Of a stretch of 64,000 nucleotides of DNA, positions 1 to 9,963 are shown piece after piece. Origin of the DNA: Oceanispirochaeta sp. GTDB taxonomy: Bacteria; Spirochaetota; Spirochaetia; DSM-2461. The notes under the pieces are model-generated. The model made no database searches. It was not told the origin of the DNA and worked only from the letters and a program-made list of their open reading frames with translations. The position numbers were made by a program, and so were the translations under genes. Within the stretch, counting starts at the first letter, position 1. Every line of letters starts with the position of its first letter. Location of the stretch: assembly GCA_963663385.2 (NCBI GenBank), contig CAXXXD010000004.1, positions 544,001-608,000 of the forward strand, given 5' to 3'.

Positions 1-1
1 C

Positions 2-1075
2 ATATTCTGTTATTCCAGTTTTGAGGAGTTTCAGGAAGCCCTGGCCGATGAGACAAAGAGCTACCTCTATACCAGAGGAAACAATCCGACAGTTAACCTG
101 CTGGAGGAGAAGATCGCCGCCCTTGAAAAAGGGGAGAAAGCCAAACTGGTGGGATCCGGGGTGGCTGCCATGTCACTGGCCGTATCGGCCTACCTGAAGA
201 CGGGTGATCATATTGTCGCCGTAGAAGACTGTTATTCCTGGACCCGCTACCTGGCGGATACCTACCTGAAGCGCTTCGGAATCGAATGCACCTATGTGGA
301 AGGTACCAGAATCAGTGATTTTGAACAGGCCATCAGGCCCAATACCAGAATGATTATCCTGGAGAGTCCTACTACTTTCACATTTAAACTGCAGAACCTT
401 AAGGACGTAGCGGATATGGCCAGATCCCGCGGCATAAAGACAGTTATTGATAATACATGGGCCACCCCTCTCTTTCAGAACCCCCTGGAGCTGGGGATTG
501 ATCTTGTTACCCACTCCGTTTCCAAATATCTGGGTGGAAATTCTGATGTTGTGGGCGGTGTCATTATCGGGAGCGATAAGGATATACGGCACATCTTTAA
601 TAATGAATTCCTTGTAAACGGTCCTGTCCCCGATCCCATGCTGGCCTGGCTTGTTATGAGGAGCATCCGAACCCTGCATGTCAGGATGCCTGTCCATTAT
701 GATAACGCCAAAACCCTGACGGAATATCTGAGCCGGCATGCGAAGGTGGAGAGCGTCCTCTATCCATTCCTCCCGGAGTATCCTCAATATGATCTGGCCT
801 GCCGCCAGATGAAAGGGGGCTCCGGTCTCTTCTCATTCCGGCTGAAAACCCGGGATATAGAAGATGTAAAGCGATTCACCAATTCCCTGAGGTACTTTAA
901 AAAAGCTGTCAGCTGGGGAGGCTATGAGAGCCTTGTATTCCCTGCTGCTGTCAAATGGACAGACCCTTCCCTTATCCCGGAAGACAGGCTCTCTCTTATC
1001 CGCTGTCATGCAGGACTTGAGGACAGTTCTCTTCTGCTGGAAGATCTGGAACAGGCTCTGGACAGGGTAAACTGA
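2..1075 (+). CDS. PLP-dependent Cys/Met metabolism enzyme (cystathionine gamma-synthase/beta-lyase/methionine gamma-lyase family), 5'-truncated by the window edge
   Basis: Frame is open from base 2 (..YLYTRGNNPTVNLLEEKIAALE..); LESPT, DNTWATP, PLP-lysine motif HSVSKYLGG, SWGGYESL. Confidence 0.9.
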   Translation: MFCYSSFEEFQEALADETKSYLYTRGNNPTVNLLEEKIAALEKGEKAKLVGSGVAAMSLAVSAYLKTGDHIVAVEDCYSWTRYLADTYLKRFGIECTYVEGTRISDFEQAIRPNTRMIILESPTTFTFKLQNLKDVADMARSRGIKTVIDNTWATPLFQNPLELGIDLVTHSVSKYLGGNSDVVGGVIIGSDKDIRHIFNNEFLVNGPVPDPMLAWLVMRSIRTLHVRMPVHYDNAKTLTEYLSRHAKVESVLYPFLPEYPQYDLACRQMKGGSGLFSFRLKTRDIEDVKRFTNSLRYFKKAVSWGGYESLVFPAAVKWTDPSLIPEDRLSLIRCHAGLEDSSLLLEDLEQALDRVN

Positions 1076-4000
1076 TGCTTTATAAGAAGACGGAAGCCAG
1101 GATCAGGCAGTATTTGACTTTTCTGGATAAAAAAAAATATTCGTCCTGTTCAGACCTCAATAGAGTTCCTGTTCCTCCGGTAAATTGCTCTTATGCCGTC
1201 TGCCGTGAGATACACCGCGTCCCTCCCTCCGGGGAGGATTTGGACTGGCAGCCTCTAGGCAGCTTCCCTTTTCCCTGGGGAGCAGACCATGAAAGCTGGT
1301 GGTTTAAGTTCTCCTTTACCCTGCCTGATGACCTGGCGGGCAGGGAGCTCTTTCTGGAAGCGGATACGCAGACAGATACGCTTGTATTCATAGATGGAAC
1401 GCCCGAAGGGGCGGTCAACCCCTTTCATGGAAAGCTACGCCTCCCTTCAGAGATAACAGAAAGGGGATCGTTTGAGGTCGCTCTGGAAGCCTGGGCCGGG
1501 CATACTTTCCCCGGTTATCATCCCGACGACGGTCCCCGTGTTCTGACAACGGTTGCTGTCAGGCAGGAATCCTACCCTCTGTTTTTCAGAGAACCCCGTA
1601 TTCTGGTCCGGGAAGAGGATATTAACGGTCTGTATTATGATGCTTCTGTCCTGTTTGAAACAGCTGTTCTTCAGGAAGAGGGGAGTCTTCTCCGGTCAAG
1701 GATCTGCCGGGACCTTCATCAGGCCCTGCTGAAAATCGATTTTACAGCGGAACACACTGTTCTTATGGAACAGTGCCGGACCGCACGGGCCCGGATCGCT
1801 CCTCTGGTGCAACTTGAAAACGGAAGCCTGGCTCCCCGGATCTACTCTGTCGGGAATGCCCATCTCGACCATGCCTGGCTCTGGCCCATAGCGGAAACAT
1901 CCCGGAAATGCGCCCGGACCTGTGCCAATATGGTCTCTTATCTGGAGGAATTCCCGGACTTTCGTTTTCTCTTTTCCCAGCCGGTTCAGATGGAGGATCT
2001 GAAGAAAAACTATCCGGATATTTTTAAAAGGGTCCTGTCCGCCTATGAGCGAGGCCAGTGGGAACCCAATGGCGGGATGTGGGTGGAGGCTGACTGCAAC
2101 CTTTCCGGAGGAGAATCCCTGATCAGGCAGTTCCTTGTCGGCCGTCAGGCAACCCGTGAGCTGTTCGGCTATACGGGGGATGTCCTCTGGCTGCCCGATG
2201 TTTTCGGTTATACCGCCGGTATGCCTCAGATTCTGAAGGGATGCGGGATCGAACGATTCGTTACGAGTAAAATCAGCTGGAACGATACAACCCGTTTCCC
2301 CTATGACCTGTTCCGATGGGAGGGGATAGACGGGACAACCATACCGACTCACTTTATAACAACCGCCTATGAGGGGCGCAACAATCCCGCAGAAGCCAGG
2401 GCCGCCTGGGATAAACTTCAGCATAAGGACTACCAGTCTTCTCTGCTCCGTTCCATCGGAGAAGGGGACGGCGGCGGCGGTACAATGCGGTCCGATCTGG
2501 AGTATATGGGCAGGATGGGAGACCTCCAGGGGTGCCCGCAGAACAGCTGGGCCGGTCTTTCCGAATCCCTTAAGGCTATCTGTCCCGATCCGGAGGAACT
2601 GCCCCTCTACAGAGGGGAGCTCTACCTGGAGCTGCACAGGGGAACCTATACGACACAGGGGCGTATCAAGAGATTCAACCGGAAGCTGGAATATCTGCTC
2701 CGGGAGGTGGAACTGAAAGAGGTTCGTCTCCTCCTGGGGGGAGCCGCCGGCTCACCGGAGCTTCTTGAGACGCATAGGGCGAAACTTCAGGAATTCTGGA
2801 AATCCCTTCTGACCCTGCAGTTTCATGATATCCTGCCCGGATCGTCTGTACAGCAGGTCAATGAAGAAGCTCTGGAACAGATGGAATCTCTGGAGCAGGG
2901 GATCCGGTCGCTGGGGCAGGATGCCGATCGCTTCAAAAATCCCGCAGGGGAGGAAGCCGGTTTGGTTATTGGCAACTCTCTTCCCTGGGAACGGACCACT
3001 GCCGTTCGGGTTCCGGAAACCCTGATAAAAAAGGGTGTTTCCTTTCCCTGCCAGAAATTTATCTTACGGGATGGAACGGAGGAGTCTCTGGGGCTGGCCT
3101 CTCTTAAGGGGCTTGCTCTTGTTTCTCCTGAAAATGCCCTTCAGGATCCCCGGGTGTTGCCGGGACAAATCCATAGGACTGAAGATAGAATTGAAACCCC
3201 TTTCTATTCCCTGAAGCTGAACGGGAAGGGTGGTATCTCCTCTCTGATCCTGAAGGATTCGGATAGGGAGATGGTACTGCCGGGAAGTTCCCTTAATACT
3301 TTCTATACGGTGGAGGACCTCCCCGCCGGCTGGGATGCCTGGGATATTGAAGATGATTACAAACTGAAAGAGACACAGCCGGGGAAACTTGAAAGCCTGG
3401 AAGTCCTCTCCGAAGGAGAACTGTTTATCCAGATCCGGCAGACCCTGGCTATTGGTAAAGCTTCCCTTCTGACTCAGGATATGGTGATTTACAGGCACAG
3501 CCCCCGTATCGATTTTCATACGGCTGTGGACTGGCAGGAGCGGCATACCCTGTTGAGAGTTGATTTCCCCACCACCCTCAAGGGGCGGGATGCACTTTTT
3601 GATATCCCCTTCGGGTATATCCGCAGGGATACCCATGAGAACTCCCCCCGTAACCGGGCGCAATTTGAAGTCTGTGCCCATAAATGGGCTGCTGTAGGAG
3701 ATGCCAGAAGGCAGGCAGCCCTGCTGTCGGATTGTAAATACGGGTATCAGGTACGGGAGGGGCAGCTCTCCCTTACCCTGCTCCGTTCGCCGGAAGCCCC
3801 CGATCCTTCGGGAGACAGAGGCTTTCATGAGTTTACCTACTCCTTCCTTCCTCTGGATGGTCCGGATATCCGCTCTGTTGTCAGAGAAGGCTGGGACTTG
3901 AATATCCCCGCAGAAATTCACCCAGGTTATGAACAGGCTCCTTTATTTGAGTTTTCATCAGAAGATGTGATGGTGGAGTCTCTGAAAATAGGGGAGGACG

Positions 4001-4203
4001 GATGTTCTGTCGTGCTCCGTATATGGGAGATGACAGGCGCGGATCTGAAGCTGAGCCTGAAGACAAATCCCTCCTGTGGTTTTACAGGTTGGGAAGAGAC
4101 GAATCTGCTGGAAGACAGTCCTGGTGAGAAATATCCTGCAGATAATGCTATTGCTCTGGATTTTCACGGGTTCGAAATTAAAACACTGAAATTCTACTTA
4201 TAA
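1075..4203 (+). CDS. Alpha-mannosidase, glycoside hydrolase family 38
   Basis: GNAHLDHAWLWP, WLPDVFGY, GEGDGGGG, GELYLELHRG, QFHDILPGSS motifs; TGATG overlap with the upstream gene. Confidence 0.93.
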   Translation: MLYKKTEARIRQYLTFLDKKKYSSCSDLNRVPVPPVNCSYAVCREIHRVPPSGEDLDWQPLGSFPFPWGADHESWWFKFSFTLPDDLAGRELFLEADTQTDTLVFIDGTPEGAVNPFHGKLRLPSEITERGSFEVALEAWAGHTFPGYHPDDGPRVLTTVAVRQESYPLFFREPRILVREEDINGLYYDASVLFETAVLQEEGSLLRSRICRDLHQALLKIDFTAEHTVLMEQCRTARARIAPLVQLENGSLAPRIYSVGNAHLDHAWLWPIAETSRKCARTCANMVSYLEEFPDFRFLFSQPVQMEDLKKNYPDIFKRVLSAYERGQWEPNGGMWVEADCNLSGGESLIRQFLVGRQATRELFGYTGDVLWLPDVFGYTAGMPQILKGCGIERFVTSKISWNDTTRFPYDLFRWEGIDGTTIPTHFITTAYEGRNNPAEARAAWDKLQHKDYQSSLLRSIGEGDGGGGTMRSDLEYMGRMGDLQGCPQNSWAGLSESLKAICPDPEELPLYRGELYLELHRGTYTTQGRIKRFNRKLEYLLREVELKEVRLLLGGAAGSPELLETHRAKLQEFWKSLLTLQFHDILPGSSVQQVNEEALEQMESLEQGIRSLGQDADRFKNPAGEEAGLVIGNSLPWERTTAVRVPETLIKKGVSFPCQKFILRDGTEESLGLASLKGLALVSPENALQDPRVLPGQIHRTEDRIETPFYSLKLNGKGGISSLILKDSDREMVLPGSSLNTFYTVEDLPAGWDAWDIEDDYKLKETQPGKLESLEVLSEGELFIQIRQTLAIGKASLLTQDMVIYRHSPRIDFHTAVDWQERHTLLRVDFPTTLKGRDALFDIPFGYIRRDTHENSPRNRAQFEVCAHKWAAVGDARRQAALLSDCKYGYQVREGQLSLTLLRSPEAPDPSGDRGFHEFTYSFLPLDGPDIRSVVREGWDLNIPAEIHPGYEQAPLFEFSSEDVMVESLKIGEDGCSVVLRIWEMTGADLKLSLKTNPSCGFTGWEETNLLEDSPGEKYPADNAIALDFHGFEIKTLKFYL

Positions 4204-4212
4204 GAATAACTT

Positions 4213-4249
4213 GTCCCGGCGGTCGGGTTGTTAATCCGCCCGCCGGGAC
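4213..4249. terminator. GC-rich hairpin between convergent genes, probable bidirectional terminator
   Basis: GTCCCGGCGG (4213-4222) and CCGCCGGGAC (4240-4249) form a perfect 10-bp inverted repeat. Confidence 0.6.
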
Positions 4250-4281
4250 CCTTTACGTAAATTTCTGTACTCTCCTGTAAA

Positions 4282-5208
4282 TCAATAGAACATATTGATC
4301 CCCATAATGGCCAGAACGGATACGACTGTGCTGAATGAGAGTGTATTGTTTACATAATTCAGATCATCCTTGTCATCCTGTTTCATGTAGATGGCCATCA
4401 CAAAGGGCGGAGGCAGGAGAAACATGGTTAGAAGGGCATATTCGTATATTTTCTCCAGGCCCATATACCTGCGGATAAAAAAGCGGCAGATGACAAGTCC
4501 CGATAAAAGGAGGAGTCCTTTTCTTATCAGTACGGTCTTAACCACAAGAGATATGCCCCCTTTATCAAAATGCATTTCATACCCGATCATAAGGGATATA
4601 AGGGGAACCGTTACTCCTCCCAGGAGGGACAGGAACTCTCCCAGGCTCTCCGTTAGGGGGGTGGCAGCTGTATAAGGTTTCAGCAGGCTGATGATCACTC
4701 CCGAAAATATAGCCAGGATAACAGGGGAAGTAAGAAATCCCTTTAACAGATCCAGTGGATGGCTGGCCCCTTCCTTCTCCTGAAGCAGGAGGGTCATCAG
4801 AACAAAAAAAACAAAAAGAATCTGGCCCAGATCCATTAAGGCAAATACGCCTATATGTTCCTGACCGTATAAGGATATAAAAAGGGCATAACCAAGCATC
4901 CCCATTTCAAATCCTCCCATCATAAAGGAAAAATAAGGGGTGGGAATTTTTAACAGTTTTGACGTTCCCCTGCCGAGTAGAATCATTGCTATACAGCAGA
5001 CAAATACCAGCAGGATAAGCTGAAGAAACCGGACTTCCAGTTCCAGAGAGGCAAAGGCCAGCAGCAGGAGAGCCGGAAGGGCCAGATTGGAAACCACTTT
5101 TTTAAAATCCCTGACAGATTCCTGTTTAAGAAAATGGATTCTTCTGAGAAAAAAACCGAGGATAAAAAAAAGGATGACAGGTAAAATGCTGAGAATTGTT
5201 GTATACAT
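4282..5208 (-). CDS. AEC (auxin efflux carrier) family permease
   Basis: 308 aa, about 10 hydrophobic segments, N-terminal ILPVILFFILGFFLRR..LALPALL pattern. Confidence 0.8.
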   Translation of the reverse strand: MYTTILSILPVILFFILGFFLRRIHFLKQESVRDFKKVVSNLALPALLLLAFASLELEVRFLQLILLVFVCCIAMILLGRGTSKLLKIPTPYFSFMMGGFEMGMLGYALFISLYGQEHIGVFALMDLGQILFVFFVLMTLLLQEKEGASHPLDLLKGFLTSPVILAIFSGVIISLLKPYTAATPLTESLGEFLSLLGGVTVPLISLMIGYEMHFDKGGISLVVKTVLIRKGLLLLSGLVICRFFIRRYMGLEKIYEYALLTMFLLPPPFVMAIYMKQDDKDDLNYVNNTLSFSTVVSVLAIMGINMFY

Positions 5209-5341
5209 AGGAAGCTCCTATAGATATTCTAAGAAATCCCTGTGAATTTACCATACCTTCCAACTTGAAATCCGGGTAAAAGGGCAGGATATAGTACAGT
5301 ATGAAGCGGGAAATAATGATTTTTGCGAGGATGGGATTACT

Positions 5342-5959
5342 TTGATCAGAAGATATTTTGTTCTACTTTTGATATGCACTGCCGGGGGGGGCATGCTGGC
5401 AGCCTCTTCTCCCGACCGTGTAAATGAACCGTTTCGAATCGGTCTTGTGGCCAACTACTATAACGAACCGGCTTTCAAACCCGGCGTTACTTTCGGGCTG
5501 GACTGGGAAATACCCCTATGGAATACCTGGGCTTTGGGACTGACTGCCCCGACAGCCGGGTATTTCTACTTTCCATACAATTACGAAGCCCTCTATTTCT
5601 ACCCGGAGTTTTCGCTGCGTCATACGGGAAAAAAGGGGTTCTACCTTGCATTGGGAGCCGGAGCCGGTCTGTCACTCAGTAGAAAAATTGTCCCTGTCTA
5701 CAATCTGGACGGCGAGGAGATCCAGGATGATTTCTCCGGTTCAGAGCAGCTGGTCCTTCTGGTTCAGGCCTATTTCGGTGTGGACTGTTCCCGGAGGGCA
5801 TCAGGGAGGCCCTACCGTTTATACGGTTCTCTTGGCTGGAAGGGGCTATATCCCTGCAATCTCGGTTTTCAGAACCAGCCGATGATACAGATCGGTGTAA
5901 ACTATAAGATAGGATCCCGGACTGACGGTTCCGGAGAGGAGAGCCCGAAGGATGAATAA
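5342..5959 (+). CDS. Exported hypothetical protein, possibly outer-membrane beta-barrel-like
   Basis: TTG start, N-terminal hydrophobic signal, Gly/aromatic alternating strands ending IQIGVNYKI; overlaps the next gene. Confidence 0.55.
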   Translation: MIRRYFVLLLICTAGGGMLAASSPDRVNEPFRIGLVANYYNEPAFKPGVTFGLDWEIPLWNTWALGLTAPTAGYFYFPYNYEALYFYPEFSLRHTGKKGFYLALGAGAGLSLSRKIVPVYNLDGEEIQDDFSGSEQLVLLVQAYFGVDCSRRASGRPYRLYGSLGWKGLYPCNLGFQNQPMIQIGVNYKIGSRTDGSGEESPKDE

Positions 5960-7040
5960 AAAACCGGGTATAACGGGATTAATAGCTCTTTTCCTCCTGA
6001 TCTCCTGCAGTGTAATCGGAGAGGATGAGGAGGTCTTCTATCTGAAAACGGATAACTCCTATCTGCCGGTCTATGTCCGGGGGAATCCGGATGCCCGGTC
6101 CTATATCATCTGGACCCATGGCGGGCCCGGTTCCTCGGGACTCTACTATGGAGATATTGAAGAGATCAGCGCACTGCATAAGGATTACAGGATTGTTTAC
6201 TGGGATCAGATGGGCTCCGGCGGTTCTACGGGAAATCCGGATAAAAGTGATTACACTGTGGAGGAATTCGCCCTGCATCAGGATGGCATAGTCAAGGCTG
6301 TTCTGAACCGGTATGATCCGGAGAACCTGTTTCTCCTCGGGCACTCCTGGGGCGGTTTTCTGGCCTCCTGGTATCTGATCGCCGAAGGAGATGAAGAACT
6401 GGCTTCAGAAAGGCAGGGGCGGTTTAACGGTGTGATCCTGCTGAATCCCGTGCTGGATATTTCCCGTTCCATCACAGATGGCATCAGTTATATCCGGGAT
6501 GATTATGCTCCTTCTCAGATAGAGACGGGACAAGATGTTGTAAAATGGGAAAGTGCTCTATTGTGGTACGAGAATCATGTCGACAATGGTCTTCTGATGG
6601 GCCGTGATGTTGCCACCCACTACCAGTATATCGAGGATGCCGGGGGGATGCTGGTTCAGAGAGACCGGAATGATGAACTTACGGCAGAACTGGCTCCCAA
6701 AATGCTTTTCTTTTCGGCTTTTCATTTTTACGATTACTACAATAATCAGAATACCATCCGGACCCATATGGATATTGCCGATAAGTCCCTGGCCCGGGAG
6801 GATGAACCGAATCTGTCATCCATTACTCTGCCCACTCTTTTTCTGGCCGGGCGGGATGATAAAATAGCCTTTGACTATATGAGTGAAGAGTGGTTTGACC
6901 TTTTGGGTTCCCACTCCGGAACTGCTGAGGAAAGGGCTGAATACTTTAAGATGTACGAGGACTGCGCTCATGCGGGATTTCTGGATGCGCCGGACCAGTT
7001 CCTGGAGGATGTCAGCGTTTTTATCGAGTCTCATCTCTAA
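5952..7040 (+). CDS. Lipoprotein alpha/beta hydrolase (proline iminopeptidase-like)
   Basis: Lipobox LISC; HGGPG; nucleophile GHSWGG; candidate Asp (GRDD) and His (CAHAG). Confidence 0.85.
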   Translation: MNKKPGITGLIALFLLISCSVIGEDEEVFYLKTDNSYLPVYVRGNPDARSYIIWTHGGPGSSGLYYGDIEEISALHKDYRIVYWDQMGSGGSTGNPDKSDYTVEEFALHQDGIVKAVLNRYDPENLFLLGHSWGGFLASWYLIAEGDEELASERQGRFNGVILLNPVLDISRSITDGISYIRDDYAPSQIETGQDVVKWESALLWYENHVDNGLLMGRDVATHYQYIEDAGGMLVQRDRNDELTAELAPKMLFFSAFHFYDYYNNQNTIRTHMDIADKSLAREDEPNLSSITLPTLFLAGRDDKIAFDYMSEEWFDLLGSHSGTAEERAEYFKMYEDCAHAGFLDAPDQFLEDVSVFIESHL

Positions 7041-7164
7041 AAGGTATTTTTTATAACAGAATCAATTGAATCTTCCTTATCTTTCCCGTCTGCCGTATGG
7101 ATCATATCTGTTGAATAGGGTAGTGTTTCCTGACTCCCGAAAAGGAGCTGAAGGAAGTAAACAT

Positions 7165-8994
7165 ATGCCGCACAGGAACTCATATAATAAAGAATTACGG
7201 AATATTGCCATTATCGCCCATGTAGACCATGGGAAAACCACCCTTGTTGACTCAATGTTTAAACAGAGCGGTGTTTTCCGGGAAGGTCAGGAAACGGAAG
7301 AACGCCTGATGGACAATATGGATCTGGAACGGGAACGGGGGATAACCATTGCCGCCAAGAACTGTTCCATCCTCTGGAAAGGGGTAAAGGTTAATATCCT
7401 GGATACTCCGGGGCATGCGGATTTCGGCGGTGAAGTGGAAAGGGCTCTCTCCATGGTCGATGGGGTCGTTCTGCTGGTGGATGCCTCGGAAGGTCCTCTT
7501 CCCCAGACCCGTTTTGTATTGTCCAAGGCCCTTCAGGCCGGTTTGTCGGTTATTGTGGTAATAAACAAGATAGACAGGAGCGATGCCCGGCCCGAGGCCG
7601 TTCTCAGTGAGGTATACGATCTTCTGATCGATCTGGATGCCCATGAGGATCAGCTGGAATGCCCTGTCCTGTTTGCGGACGGCCGTGCGGGGATTGCCAA
7701 AAAGAACCTGGAAGATGAAGTGGATAACCTTCATGTCCTTCTTGATACGATAATTGATGAAGTTCCGCCTCCCTCCTACCACGATGCGGAACCCTTTCAG
7801 ATGCTGGTTACAGACCTCTCCTATTCGGATTATCTGGGGCGTCTGGCCATTGGTAAAGTGGTTCACGGCAGTGTTAAATCCCGGGATGCCCTGGTTTGTC
7901 TGAAGGAAGAGGGGAAGCAGGTCCCTCTGAATGTTTCAAAACTGCAGGTATATGAGGGAGCCACGGTCGCAGAGACCGATGAGGTCCTTCCGGGGGATAT
8001 CGTCGTACTGGCCGGGATTGAAGATGTTCATATAGGGGATACAATCTGTACCAAGGAAAATCCCAAGGCGCTGAAGCGTATTGCCGTGGATGAACCTACG
8101 GTTTCCATGCGTTTCGGCCCCAATACCTCCCCGACGCTGGGTCAGGAGGGGAAGTTTGTCCAGTCCAGTAAAATACGGGAGCGTCTGGAAAAGGAAACCA
8201 TGCTGAATGTTTCCATTAAAGTGGAGGAGAATCCCGAACGGGAAGGCTTCCTGGTTAAGGGCCGGGGAGAATTCCAGATGGTTATTCTGATTGAAACCAT
8301 GAGGCGGGAGGGATTTGAGCTCTGCGTAGGCCGTCCGGAAGTAATCTATCACTATAAAGACGGTAAAAAAATGGAACCCATCGAACACCTTTATGTGGAT
8401 TGTGAAGAGACCTTTACCGGTGTTGTTACAGAAAAACTCTCCAGGAAAAAAGGCCGCATGATCAGCTATGTGAATCATGAGCATGGACGGGTCCGGCTGG
8501 AATTCTCCGTTCCCTCCAGGGCTCTGATCGGTTATCGGGATGAGTTCCTTACAGATACAAGAGGGACAGGGATTATGAACTCCCTGATCTCCGGGTATGA
8601 GGAGTATCGGGGAGATTTTCCGGACAGGTTTACGGGCGCTCTGGTTTCAGACCGGTCCGGTGAAGCTGTACCCTACGCTCTGAATAACCTGGAACCCCGG
8701 GGAATCCTTTTTATTACCCCCGGCGAAACAGTGTATGAGGGAATGATCGTGGGGGAACACAACAGGGACAACGATCTGAATGTTAACCCCTGCAAGATGA
8801 AGAAACTGTCCAATGTCAGAGCAGCGGGAAAGGATGATGCGGTAGTACTGACTCCTGTTATCCCCATGACTCTGGAGAGGGCCATTCAGTTTATTCAGGA
8901 AGATGAACTGGTGGAAGTAACACCCAGGTCCATCCGCCTCAGAAAGGCTGTGCTATCCGCTACGGGACGAAAAGTTCTGGGAAAGAAGGTGTAG
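7165..8994 (+). CDS. typA: Translational GTPase TypA/BipA
   Basis: [43 protein letters not shown]-terminal ELVEVTP.SIRLRK; ATG 7165 follows a purine-rich RBS. Confidence 0.97.
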   Translation: MPHRNSYNKELRNIAIIAHVDHGKTTLVDSMFKQSGVFREGQETEERLMDNMDLERERGITIAAKNCSILWKGVKVNILDTPGHADFGGEVERALSMVDGVVLLVDASEGPLPQTRFVLSKALQAGLSVIVVINKIDRSDARPEAVLSEVYDLLIDLDAHEDQLECPVLFADGRAGIAKKNLEDEVDNLHVLLDTIIDEVPPPSYHDAEPFQMLVTDLSYSDYLGRLAIGKVVHGSVKSRDALVCLKEEGKQVPLNVSKLQVYEGATVAETDEVLPGDIVVLAGIEDVHIGDTICTKENPKALKRIAVDEPTVSMRFGPNTSPTLGQEGKFVQSSKIRERLEKETMLNVSIKVEENPEREGFLVKGRGEFQMVILIETMRREGFELCVGRPEVIYHYKDGKKMEPIEHLYVDCEETFTGVVTEKLSRKKGRMISYVNHEHGRVRLEFSVPSRALIGYRDEFLTDTRGTGIMNSLISGYEEYRGDFPDRFTGALVSDRSGEAVPYALNNLEPRGILFITPGETVYEGMIVGEHNRDNDLNVNPCKMKKLSNVRAAGKDDAVVLTPVIPMTLERAIQFIQEDELVEVTPRSIRLRKAVLSATGRKVLGKKV

Positions 8995-9022
8995 GGATCC
9001 CTTATCCCCAGCCTTCTCCCTT

Positions 9023-9718
9023 TTATTTTCTTTCTCCATGAATATGGCGGGTATGGTGCATAAGGGCTATCACTTCATCAGCCTTATATGGTCCGCCGTG
9101 CCCGGTATAACAGGTTCCTGTTATCAGATGGAGCAGTTTCCCGTAGGATTCATCCAGATCTGACGTATTTTCCAGAAAATAGGGAGATCCGGCTCTTCCC
9201 TTTGGACCCGGCATCAGGGTATCTCCCAGGAGGGCTCTTCCGTCTTTCAGCAGAACAGAGAGGGAACAGGCTGTATGACCGGGTGTGGGGATGATCCTGC
9301 CGGAAATCCCATATGGATTCAAGTCGGTTTCGCTGCTGATAACAACTACCGGACGGCAGGGGGGTGTCTGCTGCTTTATAAATCCGGACAGGAAAACAAT
9401 ACTCCTGCCTATAGGGGATTCTGCGGTGACATCGTAACCCCGGCCGGATTCCAGAGCAGGAACGGCTGCTTCATGACAGAGAACGGGAGGATCACCGCAC
9501 AGCTCCAGAAAGGTATGAACCCCTCCGAAGTGATCAAAGTGCCCGTGTGTAACGACTATAAGGCGGACATCCCCGGGATTAAGGTCCCGGGAAGCGAATT
9601 CTTTCTTCAGTTTTCCGTCTTTCCACTTGAAACCGCAGTCCACAACGACCAGCCCGTTCTCCTCCAGAATATAACAGTTGGCGTATCCGTTTTTGAGATG
9701 GTGTACTTTTGTCTGCAT
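9023..9718 (-). CDS. MBL-fold metallo-hydrolase
   Basis: THGHFDHFG (HxHxDH), TPGHT, GD, GHG motifs. Confidence 0.88.
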   Translation of the reverse strand: MQTKVHHLKNGYANCYILEENGLVVVDCGFKWKDGKLKKEFASRDLNPGDVRLIVVTHGHFDHFGGVHTFLELCGDPPVLCHEAAVPALESGRGYDVTAESPIGRSIVFLSGFIKQQTPPCRPVVVISSETDLNPYGISGRIIPTPGHTACSLSVLLKDGRALLGDTLMPGPKGRAGSPYFLENTSDLDESYGKLLHLITGTCYTGHGGPYKADEVIALMHHTRHIHGERK

Positions 9719-9963
9719 GTAAATCTCCCTCTTTATTTCATTTTAAACGAAGCTGTGAAACGAAACCATGATAAAAATCCTGTTTATTGGGGATGGTTTG
9801 TTGGGTACGGAGAGCGAACAATTCCAGAAAGAATCCGGCTGCCGGTTATGTATCGGGGGAATTCCGTCCTCCCTCCCGTCCCCTTTATAACACTCCCGGA
9901 TTGAGAAACTCCCGATTTCTATGGTAGAGTAGGTTGTACACAACAATATGCGGGAGAACCCTA

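Noticed and set aside
2464..2471. GGGGACGG matches inside genes (also near 61035)
   Set aside because: They encode conserved Gly-Asp-Gly motifs in GH38 and LigA and lack the following AGG.
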